Of a stretch of 64,000 nt of DNA, positions 1 to 9,326 are shown in pieces. The stretch is from Thermoplasmatota archaeon (lineage in GTDB: Archaea > Thermoplasmatota > E2 > JACPAO01 > JAHFTW01), in contig JBBSVM010000001.1 of NCBI GenBank assembly GCA_038046785.1, positions 75,665 to 139,664 of the forward strand, given 5' to 3'. Made by a program: the position numbers and the translations under genes. The notes under the pieces were generated by a model that did not search any database, had not been told where the DNA came from, and was given only the letters and a program-made list of their open reading frames with translations. Positions within the stretch are counted from its first letter, which is position 1. The number at the start of each line of letters is the position of its first letter.

Positions 1-441
1 TGCACGACGCAGCCCTGCACGCAGTGCAGCCGCATGGTCGCCAACTGCGGCATCAAGCGCGTCATCTTCCAGGAATCCTACCCCGATCCGCTCGCGATTG
101 GCATCCTGACCACGGCGGGCGTCGAGCTGTGGCGCTGGGATGGCACCGCAAACGCGGCGACCCGCATCGCAGGCAACACGTTCGAACAGGCGCAGGACGA
201 GCTGCGCCGACAGTGGCGCGAGGCGCCTCCCGCCCTCACGCCCAAGCTCCCGATGGCGGGCGAGGCTCCGTTCGCTCCGACACCGCGACCGCCGACCCCC
301 AGCACGACTCCATCGGTCCGCACGGTGGGCGACTGGACGGTGCGGGACCTCTCGGGAGCCCCCGACCGGGCCGAAGTCATCCGACGCCTGGCGCAAGAAA
401 AGGCTGAGAAGCGGCGCAAGGATCGAGAAGGGCTCGCGTAG
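1..441 (+). CDS. CMP/dCMP deaminase, 5' end cut by window edge, with Pro-rich/charged C-terminal tail
   Basis: Frame 1 from nt 1 reads CTTQPCTQCSRMVANCGIKRVIF, which is the PCxxC zinc motif plus GIKRVxF of cytidine/deoxycytidylate deaminases. The ORF runs to the stop at 441. Confidence 0.7.
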   Translation, partial: CTTQPCTQCSRMVANCGIKRVIFQESYPDPLAIGILTTAGVELWRWDGTANAATRIAGNTFEQAQDELRRQWREAPPALTPKLPMAGEAPFAPTPRPPTPSTTPSVRTVGDWTVRDLSGAPDRAEVIRRLAQEKAEKRRKDREGLA

Positions 442-447
442 AGGCCG

Positions 448-996
448 TCAGCGACCAAGCCGGTCCAGCAGCGCCGCGACCTTGGCACGGAACCCATCGA
501 GGGAGCCGTCATTGACGAGCATCTCGTCGGCCAGAGCAATGGTGCGCGAGATGCCCCAATTGAGTTCCCGCTCGTCGCGCGTTGCGAGGACGCCCCGGTC
601 CACCGAATCGTCGGCCCGGGCGCGCTTCACCATGCGCTCGAAGCGATGACCCTGGTCTGTGTGGATGGCGACCAGCGTGAAATCGGCGCCCAGCTCGCGC
701 CGGAAGACGGCAACCTCGTCGTTGCTGCGAATGCCATCAATGAGGACGAGGCGGCCGGCGGACGACGCCTTGATGCGTTCGACCGTGCGCAGCGCCCAGA
801 TGTCCTTGCCGTGCGATTCCCGCAGCCCGTTGGCGACCTCGCCGACATGCTTGGCGTCACGCGGCAGACCGCGCCGTTCGACCTCTTCCCAGATGAGGTC
901 GCCCATGCGAACGACCGTGGCGCCACGCGCTTTGGCGACCTCCATGGCCTCCGACTTGCCCGAGCCGGGCATGCCGGTGAATCCAAGGACGCGCAT
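448..996 (-). CDS. P-loop nucleotide kinase, UPF0200 / dephospho-CoA-kinase-like
   Basis: MRVLGFTGMPGSGKS Walker A lies directly after ATG 996. The track ORF extension up to 1599 is Arg-rich and overlaps a plus-strand gene. ATG 1032 is an alternative start. Confidence 0.7.
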   Translation of the reverse strand: MRVLGFTGMPGSGKSEAMEVAKARGATVVRMGDLIWEEVERRGLPRDAKHVGEVANGLRESHGKDIWALRTVERIKASSAGRLVLIDGIRSNDEVAVFRRELGADFTLVAIHTDQGHRFERMVKRARADDSVDRGVLATRDERELNWGISRTIALADEMLVNDGSLDGFRAKVAALLDRLGR

Positions 997-1068
997 GAGG
1001 CCGCCACCGTGCTGCGGGCGATAAACTCCCATGCCACGCTTCAAGAGAGGCGCTGCGCTACTCGCCGC

Positions 1069-1506
1069 ATGGACGAACCTGCCTGCTTGGAGACGTTGCG
1101 GCAGGATGGCTCCCCCGCAGCGTTGGTGGCGTACCACGCCCGGCACAAACTGGAGTTCATGGCGCACCGCCCGCTCTCCGCTGCAGCGCTTGGCCGCCTT
1201 GTTTCCGGCGCTGGCCTTGCCCCCCGCGAGTGTCTGGAGCGCTACCTCAACGACGCCGCCGGCTGCTTCGCCTTCCCGGTGACGCCGGGCGCGCTGGCAA
1301 ACGCCCTGCAGCATGGCTTTGGCATGGTGCACGAACAGACGACGCCCACCGAACGGCAAGAGGCACAGAAACTCACCGAGGCGGTGCGGCAGGGCGCGTC
1401 CCCCGCTTCCGCGCTGGCGCAGCTTCGCGCCTGGGCCGAACGGGCCGACGCCCCGGAGTGGCTGCGCACCCAGACGCTTCTCACCGGTGCCTGCCGGCAC
1501 GGCTGA
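1069..1506 (+). CDS. hypothetical protein
   Basis: In-frame ATG 1069 lies within track ORF 646..1506, whose upstream part is antisense to the kinase gene. GC-rich third positions; no motif recognised. Confidence 0.45.
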   Translation: MDEPACLETLRQDGSPAALVAYHARHKLEFMAHRPLSAAALGRLVSGAGLAPRECLERYLNDAAGCFAFPVTPGALANALQHGFGMVHEQTTPTERQEAQKLTEAVRQGASPASALAQLRAWAERADAPEWLRTQTLLTGACRHG

Positions 1507-1511
1507 TTCAG

Positions 1512-2294
1512 CTACGCTGGCTCGCGGTCGGGCCAGCGAGACCGAAGCGCGTCGTCGAGGAGGAAGGCGATGCCAATCAGTGCGGCGCCAAGCCCCCACG
1601 AACCGAGGACGTCGCTGATCCAGTGCGCCCGGAGGTGGACGCGGCTGATTCCCACCATGATGGCAATGCCGAGAGCGACACCCACTGCGACCGGGTCGAG
1701 GCGGTTGCGGCGCTGGACGGCACGCACGCCCATCAAAATCGCAAGGCCCCAGGAGACCGTTGCCCCCATGGTGTGGCCGCTGGGGTAGGCCCGGGACGGC
1801 TCGTCGGGGAACCGGCTGAGGTCTGCGGGCCGGAAACTCAAGTTGCCCAGCCGCGTGCGACCGTCCGTCTCGTTGACGAGGATGCCGCGGCCTGTCTCCG
1901 TATCGCCGAGGATGGTCTCGTTGTCGCCGGCTGCGATGCCGTCCACCACGTACTCGCCGTCTGCGGGGTAGGGTCGGCCATAAGCGCCCTTGAAGCCATC
2001 GACGAGCAGGCCGCCCGAGAGCGAGACCGCCACGAGGATGACGGCGCTTCGCCGCGCACCAACGCGCCAGCAGAACAGCGCCCCGAACACGGTGGCGGCG
2101 ACCGCCATCGTCTCGTCACCGGGGCTGGAGAACCAGCGCCAGGCGCGCTCCTGCGACTCGCCGAAGTTGGCGACGACGAAGCGGTCCACGATGAGGTCTG
2201 GCTCGTCGAAGAGGCCGGCGCCCACGAGGAGGCTGATGGCGAGGAAGAGTCCCGCTCCGGCCACGACGAGTGTTTGTGCCGTCTTGCGTTCCAT
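1512..2294 (-). CDS. PAP2-family phosphatase, membrane protein
   Basis: Carries the PAP2 signature blocks KGAYGRPYP, PSGH and SRVHLRAHWISDV, with hydrophobic helices at both ends. Confidence 0.8.
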   Translation of the reverse strand: MERKTAQTLVVAGAGLFLAISLLVGAGLFDEPDLIVDRFVVANFGESQERAWRWFSSPGDETMAVAATVFGALFCWRVGARRSAVILVAVSLSGGLLVDGFKGAYGRPYPADGEYVVDGIAAGDNETILGDTETGRGILVNETDGRTRLGNLSFRPADLSRFPDEPSRAYPSGHTMGATVSWGLAILMGVRAVQRRNRLDPVAVGVALGIAIMVGISRVHLRAHWISDVLGSWGLGAALIGIAFLLDDALRSRWPDREPA

Positions 2295-2297
2295 GCG

Positions 2298-3212
2298 CTA
2301 TGCCTTCTTCTGGCCGAAAATGATGGGTGCGGAGCGAGGTGCCGCGGCCGACGCCGCGGCGGGCGGGGCGCTCGTTGCCGGTGCGGCTGCGGTGGGTGCG
2401 CTCTGGCCCGGAAGCGCCATTTTGTCGAGGTCCGGCGGGACGCCGATGATGCTGTAGCCGGCATCGACGTAGAGCAGTTGTCCGGTGACACCCGATGCGA
2501 GGTCGGAGAGGAGGAAGAGCGCCGACTTGGCAACGTCCTGCTGGCTGACGTTGCGGCCGAGCGGTGCGCTGTGCTTCATCCAGTCGAGAATCATGCTGAA
2601 GCCGGGGACGCCGGAGGCGGCGAGCGTGCGAATGGGTCCCGCCGAGATGGTGTTGACGCGGACGGCTTTCTCGCGGCCGCAGGTGAAAGCGAGCTCGCGG
2701 GTGAGCTCCTGCAGGGCGGCCTTGGCGGCCGACATGACGCGGTAGCCAGGAACGAAGCGGTCGGCGCCGAGGTAGGTGAGACTGATGATGGCGCCGCCCG
2801 GGTTCATGGCGGGCATGGTGTGGCGCGTCAGGCGAACCAGCGAGTAGGCCGAGACCGTGAGCGCGGTGTTCCAGTCCGCCTCCGTCGTGCGCACCACCTC
2901 GTCCTGGAGAGCGCTTGCGGGAGCGAATCCAATGCAGTGCACCATCATGTCAAAGCCGCCGGGGTGCTTCTCGGCAGCCTGCTGGAAGAAGCCGGCGACC
3001 GACTCTTCGGTCGCGACGTCGCACTCGAGGTAGCCCTCAATCCACGGCTTGTCCTTGAAGAGCTGCAGGACGCGGCTCAGGAAGCGCTTCTGGTAGCCCA
3101 TGATGCAGGTGGCACCGTGCGCGGCCAATTCCTGGGCGATGGCCCAGGCGATGGAGTCGTCGGAGGCGACGCCGAAGATGAGGGCGCGCTTTCCCTTCAG
3201 GCTGAAGGTCAT
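2298..3212 (-). CDS. fabI: enoyl-[acyl-carrier-protein] reductase (FabI-like SDR) with Ala/Pro-rich C-terminal tail
   Basis: Track ORF 2298..3605 trimmed to ATG 3212 (MTFSLKGKRALIFGVASDDSIAW). The FabI-like core includes YRVMSAAKAALQ. The last ~45 aa are low-complexity Ala/Pro. Confidence 0.75.
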   Translation of the reverse strand: MTFSLKGKRALIFGVASDDSIAWAIAQELAAHGATCIMGYQKRFLSRVLQLFKDKPWIEGYLECDVATEESVAGFFQQAAEKHPGGFDMMVHCIGFAPASALQDEVVRTTEADWNTALTVSAYSLVRLTRHTMPAMNPGGAIISLTYLGADRFVPGYRVMSAAKAALQELTRELAFTCGREKAVRVNTISAGPIRTLAASGVPGFSMILDWMKHSAPLGRNVSQQDVAKSALFLLSDLASGVTGQLLYVDAGYSIIGVPPDLDKMALPGQSAPTAAAPATSAPPAAASAAAPRSAPIIFGQKKA

Positions 3213-3319
3213 GCGCTGCGGAACGACCCCGTGCTTGAAGGCTTTCCTTTCCACTTCCGGGCCGCTCCTGCCCTCGCACCACCGCAAACCCCTTGACGCC
3301 ACCCGGTCGTCGCCGCGCG

Positions 3320-4729
3320 ATGCGCGCCATCCCGCTCCTTGCCCTCGGCCTGCTGCTCTCCAGCCTGGTTGCCGGCTGCGTCGGCAACTCCACCCCCGCC
3401 GCCACGGCCGACCCATCGTCCGTTTCCCCCTTCCCGGCCGCCAACACCGGACCCGACGGCGAGTTCGTCCCCCACGTCGTGGTCGGCGTCCTCGACACCG
3501 GCGCCATTCCCTACCACGAGCAGTTCCGGCAGACGAGCCAGCCGGAACTCGCTTTCGAGCACCCGAGCAGTTACCTCTCCGGCTACCCCGCCGACACGCC
3601 TGCACTCCCCCTCACCCTCGAACTGCGCGACAACGAGGGCCGCCTCAACACCACCTCTGCCGATTACCTGAAGGCCGACGAGAAGCTCTGGGAAAGTGCC
3701 AAGGACCGCACCCTGCACTGGCTGCCCGGAACCCGCTTCGTCGGCAGCATCGGCTTCACGACGCCGCTTCCCGGCGGTGGCCACGGCTCCATGACGGCGG
3801 GCCGCACCGGCGCGCTCAACGTCAGCATCAACGACGGCCGCGTCCTCATGGTCGCCGTCACCGCGCCGCTCGCGCTCAACCTGGCGGTTGGCGAAGACGA
3901 GCAGGCGGAGGCGACGCGCTGGATGGCCGACCAACCGTTCATCGACATCCAGTCGCACTCCTGGGGCATGCCCTTCACCTGCGCCGGCATCGCCACGACC
4001 CAGATTTACGGCTGGGCGGAGGCGTTCAAGTACGCCCGCGAGAAGCAACTCGTCTTCGTGGCCGCCGGCAACGGCGCCGGCAACACCGGCATCACGCCCG
4101 GCTACCCGAGCCAGTGCCAGGACAACTCCGGCATCGCAGGCGTCGTCACGGTGGGCGCCAACGACAACGACGGCACCACGACCTGGGGCAACTTCTTCCC
4201 TGCCGTCTCGGGCGACGGCTGCGGCAACCCGAGCGTCAACGAGGCCACCACCAACGAGTTGGACAACTCCGGCGGCGGAACCTCCAGCGCCACCCCGTTT
4301 ACCGCAGGCGGCGCCGCGAGTCTTCTCCTTGAAGCGCGCCGCATCTTCCGCGACCCCAACGTCGGCGTGCGCGACGGCGTCATGGCGCGCGCCCAACCCG
4401 GCGCCATCCTGCCGGAGCAGGGCCCGCTCGCCGACGGCATCTTCACCATGGACGAGCTGAAATCGGTCCTGTTCCACACCGCACTCTCGCCGCCCACGCT
4501 CGATGAGTCGGACGGCGAGCAGTGCATGGTGGGCACCCGCGTCCCCACCGATCCAGAATCCCCCCTTGCGCCAGGCCTCTTCCCGTTCATCGGCTACGGC
4601 GAAGTGAACCGCATTTCCATCGCGCTTGGCATCGAGGTCCTCCAGGGAGTGAAGGCCGAGCCGGAGCGCGCCCGGGAAGACCAACTCTACCAGCAGGACC
4701 AGGACGCGCGCCGCGCCTTCTGGGGTTAG
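3320..4729 (+). CDS. subtilisin-like S8 serine peptidase, lipoprotein
   Basis: Signal peptide with lipobox LVAGC. Catalytic blocks are VGVLDTG (Asp), GHGSMTAG (His) and GGTSSATPFTAG (Ser). ATG 3320 chosen over TTG 3293. Confidence 0.85.
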   Translation: MRAIPLLALGLLLSSLVAGCVGNSTPAATADPSSVSPFPAANTGPDGEFVPHVVVGVLDTGAIPYHEQFRQTSQPELAFEHPSSYLSGYPADTPALPLTLELRDNEGRLNTTSADYLKADEKLWESAKDRTLHWLPGTRFVGSIGFTTPLPGGGHGSMTAGRTGALNVSINDGRVLMVAVTAPLALNLAVGEDEQAEATRWMADQPFIDIQSHSWGMPFTCAGIATTQIYGWAEAFKYAREKQLVFVAAGNGAGNTGITPGYPSQCQDNSGIAGVVTVGANDNDGTTTWGNFFPAVSGDGCGNPSVNEATTNELDNSGGGTSSATPFTAGGAASLLLEARRIFRDPNVGVRDGVMARAQPGAILPEQGPLADGIFTMDELKSVLFHTALSPPTLDESDGEQCMVGTRVPTDPESPLAPGLFPFIGYGEVNRISIALGIEVLQGVKAEPERAREDQLYQQDQDARRAFWG

Positions 4730-4732
4730 CCG

Positions 4733-5788
4733 CTACAACCAGCCGCCAATGGTCGGGTGGTCGAGGAACGCCGAATCGTAGAACCGCTCCGCTTCACCTG
4801 GGACCTGCTCCCACGACACACCCAGCCGGTGCAGGATGTCGGCGCGGATGGCAAGGCCGGCCGCGATGTCGGCGAAGCGAATCTCCGCCGCATCAACGAC
4901 GCCAATCTCGTAATCGGTATCGTCCACCAGATGAAAGATGGAGCCCGCCAGGAGGTCGCGCGTTGCAAGTCGCGCCATCACCGCAAAGAGTCCGTCGCGC
5001 ACGGCAGCGGGGAGGTCGGGCCATCCAGAGAACGTGCCAAGTCCTCGAATCGGCTCCAGACGTCCATCCTCCGTGAGCGTCTGTGCCGTGATGCCGGACG
5101 CGCCGCCTTGGAACCCGAGCCAGCGCAGGTCGGCGGCGAGATGGAACGGCCGCGCCACCGCTTCCGCCTCAGCAAACGGCGCAAGGGCGACCTGCCACGC
5201 CTCCGCCGGAGAGCCCGCTTCTTCGTCCTTCCCGGTCGGCGTGGGCGGCCAGCTTGCGGGGTTGAACCAGTTGGCTCCGCGCAGAAGGAGACGCGCAATT
5301 TCGGCATCGACGTCGCCCCAGACCCCGGCTTTCTTGGCGTTCGCTTCGAAGGCCCGGTGGACGGCGTCGGCTCGCTCCTGTTCGCGCCGCATCCGGAACG
5401 GCGACGCGGCGACGCCGATGTGCGATTGGTACTCCGCTTCCAAACTTGCGCCGGGCAACACCTCGACGCCGCGGCACGAACGGTTGACGTACACCTCCGT
5501 GCGGCGGCCAAAGTAGAGGTGGAACGGGAAATAGCGGCAGTGGGCGGGCCGCTCGTTGTAGGCGGTGCAGGCGCGGTTGGAGAGCAGCGTGCAGGCACCG
5601 CACCCACCTTGGAGCCCAAGCAGCGTCATGTCGCCGGAGCGGGTGACGGGCAGTGCGGGGAACGTCTTGCGCAAGGTGCCGAGTTCGAGGGCGGAAACCT
5701 GGGCAGTGAAGGTGCAGCAGAAGCCGCACCCTTCGAGGCAACGGTAGCTGAGACCCTGGAGTTCACCGGGGGGATGGTCCCCCGTCAA
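4733..5788 (-). CDS. YkgJ/UPF0153-type Cys-rich zinc/iron-chelating domain protein
   Basis: N-terminal CLEGCGFCC...CGAC...C..C pattern. The TTG start at 5788 overlaps the upstream stop (TTGA). Confidence 0.65.
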   Translation of the reverse strand: MTGDHPPGELQGLSYRCLEGCGFCCTFTAQVSALELGTLRKTFPALPVTRSGDMTLLGLQGGCGACTLLSNRACTAYNERPAHCRYFPFHLYFGRRTEVYVNRSCRGVEVLPGASLEAEYQSHIGVAASPFRMRREQERADAVHRAFEANAKKAGVWGDVDAEIARLLLRGANWFNPASWPPTPTGKDEEAGSPAEAWQVALAPFAEAEAVARPFHLAADLRWLGFQGGASGITAQTLTEDGRLEPIRGLGTFSGWPDLPAAVRDGLFAVMARLATRDLLAGSIFHLVDDTDYEIGVVDAAEIRFADIAAGLAIRADILHRLGVSWEQVPGEAERFYDSAFLDHPTIGGWL

Positions 5789-6225
5789 GCGCCACCGAGG
5801 CTCAAGCGGAAGGCGCGAGCCGTTTCGGGGCAGGCGCCGGAGAGCTCTGCGCTCGCGCCGAGGCTGCTGGGCAACTCGTTGCGCGCCAGTTCGCTCCAGC
5901 CCGAGCGGGCGAGAAGGTCAGGGATGGTGGTGGTGAGACCGTACGCCTGCTCGATGCCAGCCCGTCGCATCTCCTCGACGCCGCGCTCAAGGAGGATTCG
6001 ACCATGGCCCTTGCCGCGCATCCGGTCGTCCACAACGAGGGAGCGCAGGAGGGCGGTGTTGCCGTAGCGCTCGTAGCCGATGGCGCCAATGACACGGCTG
6101 TTCTCGCGCAACACGAACAGGTTGCCCATGTGGTCGCTGACCCCCTCGGTGGGAAGCTTGGACTGCTTGAGCAGGCTGGTGACCGCGCCGAGGTCCATGG
6201 GACGCGCGGGGTGCAAGGTGGCCAC
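5785..6225 (-). CDS. GNAT N-acetyltransferase, ArsN2-like
   Basis: Contains a GNAT core (LRSLVVDDRMRGKGHGRILLE) and a C-terminal Cys-containing tail. GTG 6225 is preferred because it restores the conserved N-terminus (ATLHPARPMDLGAV). ATG 6198 is an alternative start. Confidence 0.65.
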   Translation of the reverse strand: MATLHPARPMDLGAVTSLLKQSKLPTEGVSDHMGNLFVLRENSRVIGAIGYERYGNTALLRSLVVDDRMRGKGHGRILLERGVEEMRRAGIEQAYGLTTTIPDLLARSGWSELARNELPSSLGASAELSGACPETARAFRLSLGGA

Positions 6226-6226
6226 G

Positions 6227-6958
6227 CTACAGGGAGCGCGCCCGCCAGCTAAGGCCTTTGGCGCTGGCCGGCTCCTTGGCGTCGTTCTCCTCTTTGTACC
6301 CAACTTTGGCCGAGCGTGCAGAGGGGCAGAGGGTGGCGAGCGGGCAGACGCCGCAGCGCGGACGGCGCGCCACGCAGACCAGGCGCCCATGGTCGATGAC
6401 GCGGTGGGTATAGGCGGTCCAGCTCTCAGGGGGCAGCAACTGCTCCAGCGCGGCCGCAATGGTTTCCGGATTGGTGCCTTTGCTCAGTCCGAGGAATGCG
6501 TTGATGCGCACCATGTGGGTGTCCACCGTGACTCCGGCTCGGATGCCAAACGCGGTTCCGAGGACGGCGGTGGCAGTCTTGCGACCAACACCGGGCAGCG
6601 TGGTGAGTTCCTCGATCGTGCGCGGCACCTCGCCCGCAAACTCCTCAACAAGAAGGCCCGACAAAGCGCGGATGTTTTTCGCCTTGGCGCGCCACAAACC
6701 GATGGAGTCGATGGTGCGTTCGACCTCCCGCAGCGGCGCGGCGGCGAGGGCGACCGGCGTCGGCCAGCGCTTGAAGAGCGTGCGCGTCGCTTTGTTGACG
6801 GCAATATCGGTCGTCTGCGCCGAAAGCGCGGTTGCGACGAGGAGCTGGAACGGCGATGCGTGGTCGAGCGCACAGGTCGATTCCGGATAGGCCGACTCCA
6901 GCGCGGCGACGATGCGCAGGGCGCGCCGCGCCTTGTCCGCCTTCGTCTCCCTCGGCAC
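6227..6958 (-). CDS. nth: endonuclease III (DNA glycosylase/AP lyase)
   Basis: Carries the HhH-GPD motif LPGVGRKTA and the C-terminal 4Fe-4S cluster C-x6-C-x2-C-x5-C (CVARRPRCGVCPLATLC). GTG start at 6958; the track extension to 7300 was rejected. Confidence 0.85.
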   Translation of the reverse strand: MPRETKADKARRALRIVAALESAYPESTCALDHASPFQLLVATALSAQTTDIAVNKATRTLFKRWPTPVALAAAPLREVERTIDSIGLWRAKAKNIRALSGLLVEEFAGEVPRTIEELTTLPGVGRKTATAVLGTAFGIRAGVTVDTHMVRINAFLGLSKGTNPETIAAALEQLLPPESWTAYTHRVIDHGRLVCVARRPRCGVCPLATLCPSARSAKVGYKEENDAKEPASAKGLSWRARSL

Positions 6959-6990
6959 AACTCTTGCACGGGGCCAGAGTATGTGGACGT

Positions 6991-7377
6991 TCAGGCGCGG
7001 GGCGTCTTGTCCTGGACGAGGCCGATGATGTTGCCTTCGGTGTCCTCGAGGTAAGCAGAAAGGACGGGGCCGACATCCCGTTTCGGCAGGGCAACCTTGG
7101 CGCCGTTGGCCTGGGCCTTCGCGAGGGCGGCGTCGAGGTCGGCGACCTTGATGGTGACGACCGGGTGCTGGAGGACCGATTGACGCGTGAGCAGGCTGCC
7201 ATTGATGCGGGCCGGTTCTTTGGGCGCGAACGTCTTTGGGTCGATGGCCGTGGTTTTGGCAAACGCAAAGCCGATGCCGGGCGGGCGGTTCAACTCCCAA
7301 CCGAACGTCTGGCCGTAGAACTTCATGGCGCGCTCCATGTCGTCGGCGGGAAGTTCGAAGTGGACGACGGGGTCCAT
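6991..7377 (-). CDS. VOC (glyoxalase/bleomycin-resistance fold) family protein
   Basis: 128 aa. The N-terminus VHFELPADDMERAMKFYGQTFGW is typical of VOC proteins. Confidence 0.75.
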   Translation of the reverse strand: MDPVVHFELPADDMERAMKFYGQTFGWELNRPPGIGFAFAKTTAIDPKTFAPKEPARINGSLLTRQSVLQHPVVTIKVADLDAALAKAQANGAKVALPKRDVGPVLSAYLEDTEGNIIGLVQDKTPRA

Positions 7378-7450
7378 GCTAAAGGCAGCTACGTATTGCT
7401 GAATGAATTTTTTGTTGCCTTCTTGACCTTGGTCTTTACCCTACGCTGGC

Positions 7451-8392
7451 CTACTCTTGGAACATCGCTCCAAGTTCGGCCCGCCCAATAAGCTCCACGC
7501 CCGCGCGCTCAGCTAAGGAAATAGCTCCTTTTGTGAACGAACTACTTACTACAACTACGGCTCTAGAGCACGCATAGAATGTCTTTGCGGCAATTACTTC
7601 TTGAACGGCTGAGTTGCCAACGGGTGCATCCCAACGTTTCACCTGAATTGCGAGACGTTCGCCCCGGCCGTTTGCAATTAGATCTGCGCCTTGGTCACCG
7701 CTTCCGCCGTTCTTTAGCACCTTGTAGCCCATGGTTTCGTAGTACTTGGCAACAAAATCTTCGAACTCCGAGCCAGTCATGAAATCAATTGGCAGTTTGC
7801 TAGCTTTTGGCGCGCTTAGCGAGGCCTCATAGATTTTCAGAGACTCAATTTTTCCCGCAGTCTCCAATCTACGCAGCAAATCTGAGGGCACCGACAAGCT
7901 GCGGAAGGCAAGAAGTTGTAAAACTTGTGCAAGTTTTGTGGACGCATCTGTTCGAAATACTTTGGCCGTCGCGCTGACAATCTGGTCTACACTTTCGTCC
8001 GGGCCTAGTTCCAGCGTCGAAGCAAAATCTGCAATCTCCAGTGCTTTCTGCTCGCGATCCAAAATTCGTTGAAGCTGTTCACGATTGCCGAGGTAGCCTT
8101 TCAGAACAAGTAAGGCTTCGAATTTCTCAAGATCTGAGTCGCCATTTTCCAGATAGTTCCTTACCAAATCTCGATTAGCAGGCAACCCGAACCAGTCATT
8201 GGCACGCTTGTCTTTTTCCCGTACTTCTGCCTCCACCACGTCCCGTATCGCTGTTTCAGTTGGAAGCTCGCTCCCGGGCGGATGCACACGACGGCATCCA
8301 GCGCAAACCAACTTCTTGGTTCGGTTTTGCCACCAAAGTTTTGTCCCGCACGAGCACACTACGCGTGGTACAACCTCGCTTTTCCAAAACAT
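7451..8392 (-). CDS. Mrr-like restriction endonuclease domain protein with N-terminal zinc ribbon
   Basis: The C-terminus (GDQGADLIANGRGERLAIQVKRW..VGNSAVQEV) matches the Mrr_cat D-(D/E)xK core. The N-terminus has a CSCG...CAGC ribbon. The gene is visibly AT-richer than its neighbours. Confidence 0.75.
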   Translation of the reverse strand: MFWKSEVVPRVVCSCGTKLWWQNRTKKLVCAGCRRVHPPGSELPTETAIRDVVEAEVREKDKRANDWFGLPANRDLVRNYLENGDSDLEKFEALLVLKGYLGNREQLQRILDREQKALEIADFASTLELGPDESVDQIVSATAKVFRTDASTKLAQVLQLLAFRSLSVPSDLLRRLETAGKIESLKIYEASLSAPKASKLPIDFMTGSEFEDFVAKYYETMGYKVLKNGGSGDQGADLIANGRGERLAIQVKRWDAPVGNSAVQEVIAAKTFYACSRAVVVVSSSFTKGAISLAERAGVELIGRAELGAMFQE

Positions 8393-8395
8393 AAT

Positions 8396-9226
8396 CTAGT
8401 TGCCGCTGAAATTTGCGACGCGCTTCTCGACATAGGCAGCGATGCCTTCCTTGGCATCCTTGCTCGCGAACAGTTTGGCCTGCAGCTCGCGCTCCAGGGC
8501 GAGGCCGTACTCGAGGGGCAGCTCGGTGCCGCTCTGGACGCTGCGCTTGATGTGGCCGGCGGCCCAGGCGGCCTTGTTGGGGATGGTGAACTGGCCGGCG
8601 TAGTCCAGGATGGCTTGGCGGAAGCTGGCGGCGTCGCCGCCCTCGATGCGCTGGATGATGCCGAGCTCGAGCGCCTCCTCGAAGCTGATGTTGTTGCCGG
8701 TGACCATCATCTCGATGGCCTTGCCCTTGCCAACGATGCGGGCGAGGCGCTGCGTGCCACCGGTGCCAGCGAGGACACCGAGGTTGATTTCCGGGAGGCC
8801 GGTCTTGCCCGCGTCCTTGCGGGCGATGCGGATGTCGGCCGCCATGGCGATCTCGAGACCGCCGCCGACGGCGTGGCCGTTGAGCGCCGCGATGACCAGT
8901 TTCGGGGTCTGCTCGAGGCGCGAGAGCGTCTCGTTGGCGTGCAGGCAGAAATAATACTTGAAGCCGGGCGTGACACTGTTGAGCATCTGGATGCTCGCGC
9001 CCGCGGAGAAGAACTTCTCGCCGTTTCCGGTGAGAACGATGACGTGCACGTTGTCGTCGAAGCGCGCCTTGAGGACGGCCTCGTCGATGTCGCGCATCAT
9101 GAGGTGCGTGTAGGTGTTCGGGCCCGACTTGCCGGGTGCGAGCGGGGCGCCGGCCGCGTCGGAGGCGAGCTCGATGACGGCGATGCCGTTCGGGGTCGTC
9201 GCGTAGTTGACGAGCTTGTTCGTCAT
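8396..9226 (-). CDS. enoyl-CoA hydratase/isomerase (crotonase) family
   Basis: Crotonase blocks FSAGASI and ALNGHAVGGGLEIAMAADIRIA are present. Start is uncertain: ATG 9226 or ATG 9268. Confidence 0.85.
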   Translation of the reverse strand: MTNKLVNYATTPNGIAVIELASDAAGAPLAPGKSGPNTYTHLMMRDIDEAVLKARFDDNVHVIVLTGNGEKFFSAGASIQMLNSVTPGFKYYFCLHANETLSRLEQTPKLVIAALNGHAVGGGLEIAMAADIRIARKDAGKTGLPEINLGVLAGTGGTQRLARIVGKGKAIEMMVTGNNISFEEALELGIIQRIEGGDAASFRQAILDYAGQFTIPNKAAWAAGHIKRSVQSGTELPLEYGLALERELQAKLFASKDAKEGIAAYVEKRVANFSGN

Positions 9227-9326
9227 CGCGGTGAACTTGAGGGTCGCTTGAGCGGTGGCCTGGGCCATGGCCAAACCACAGGTGGGCGCCATTTGAATCC
9301 TGCTCCCGGCCCCTCCTGTGGCTGGC

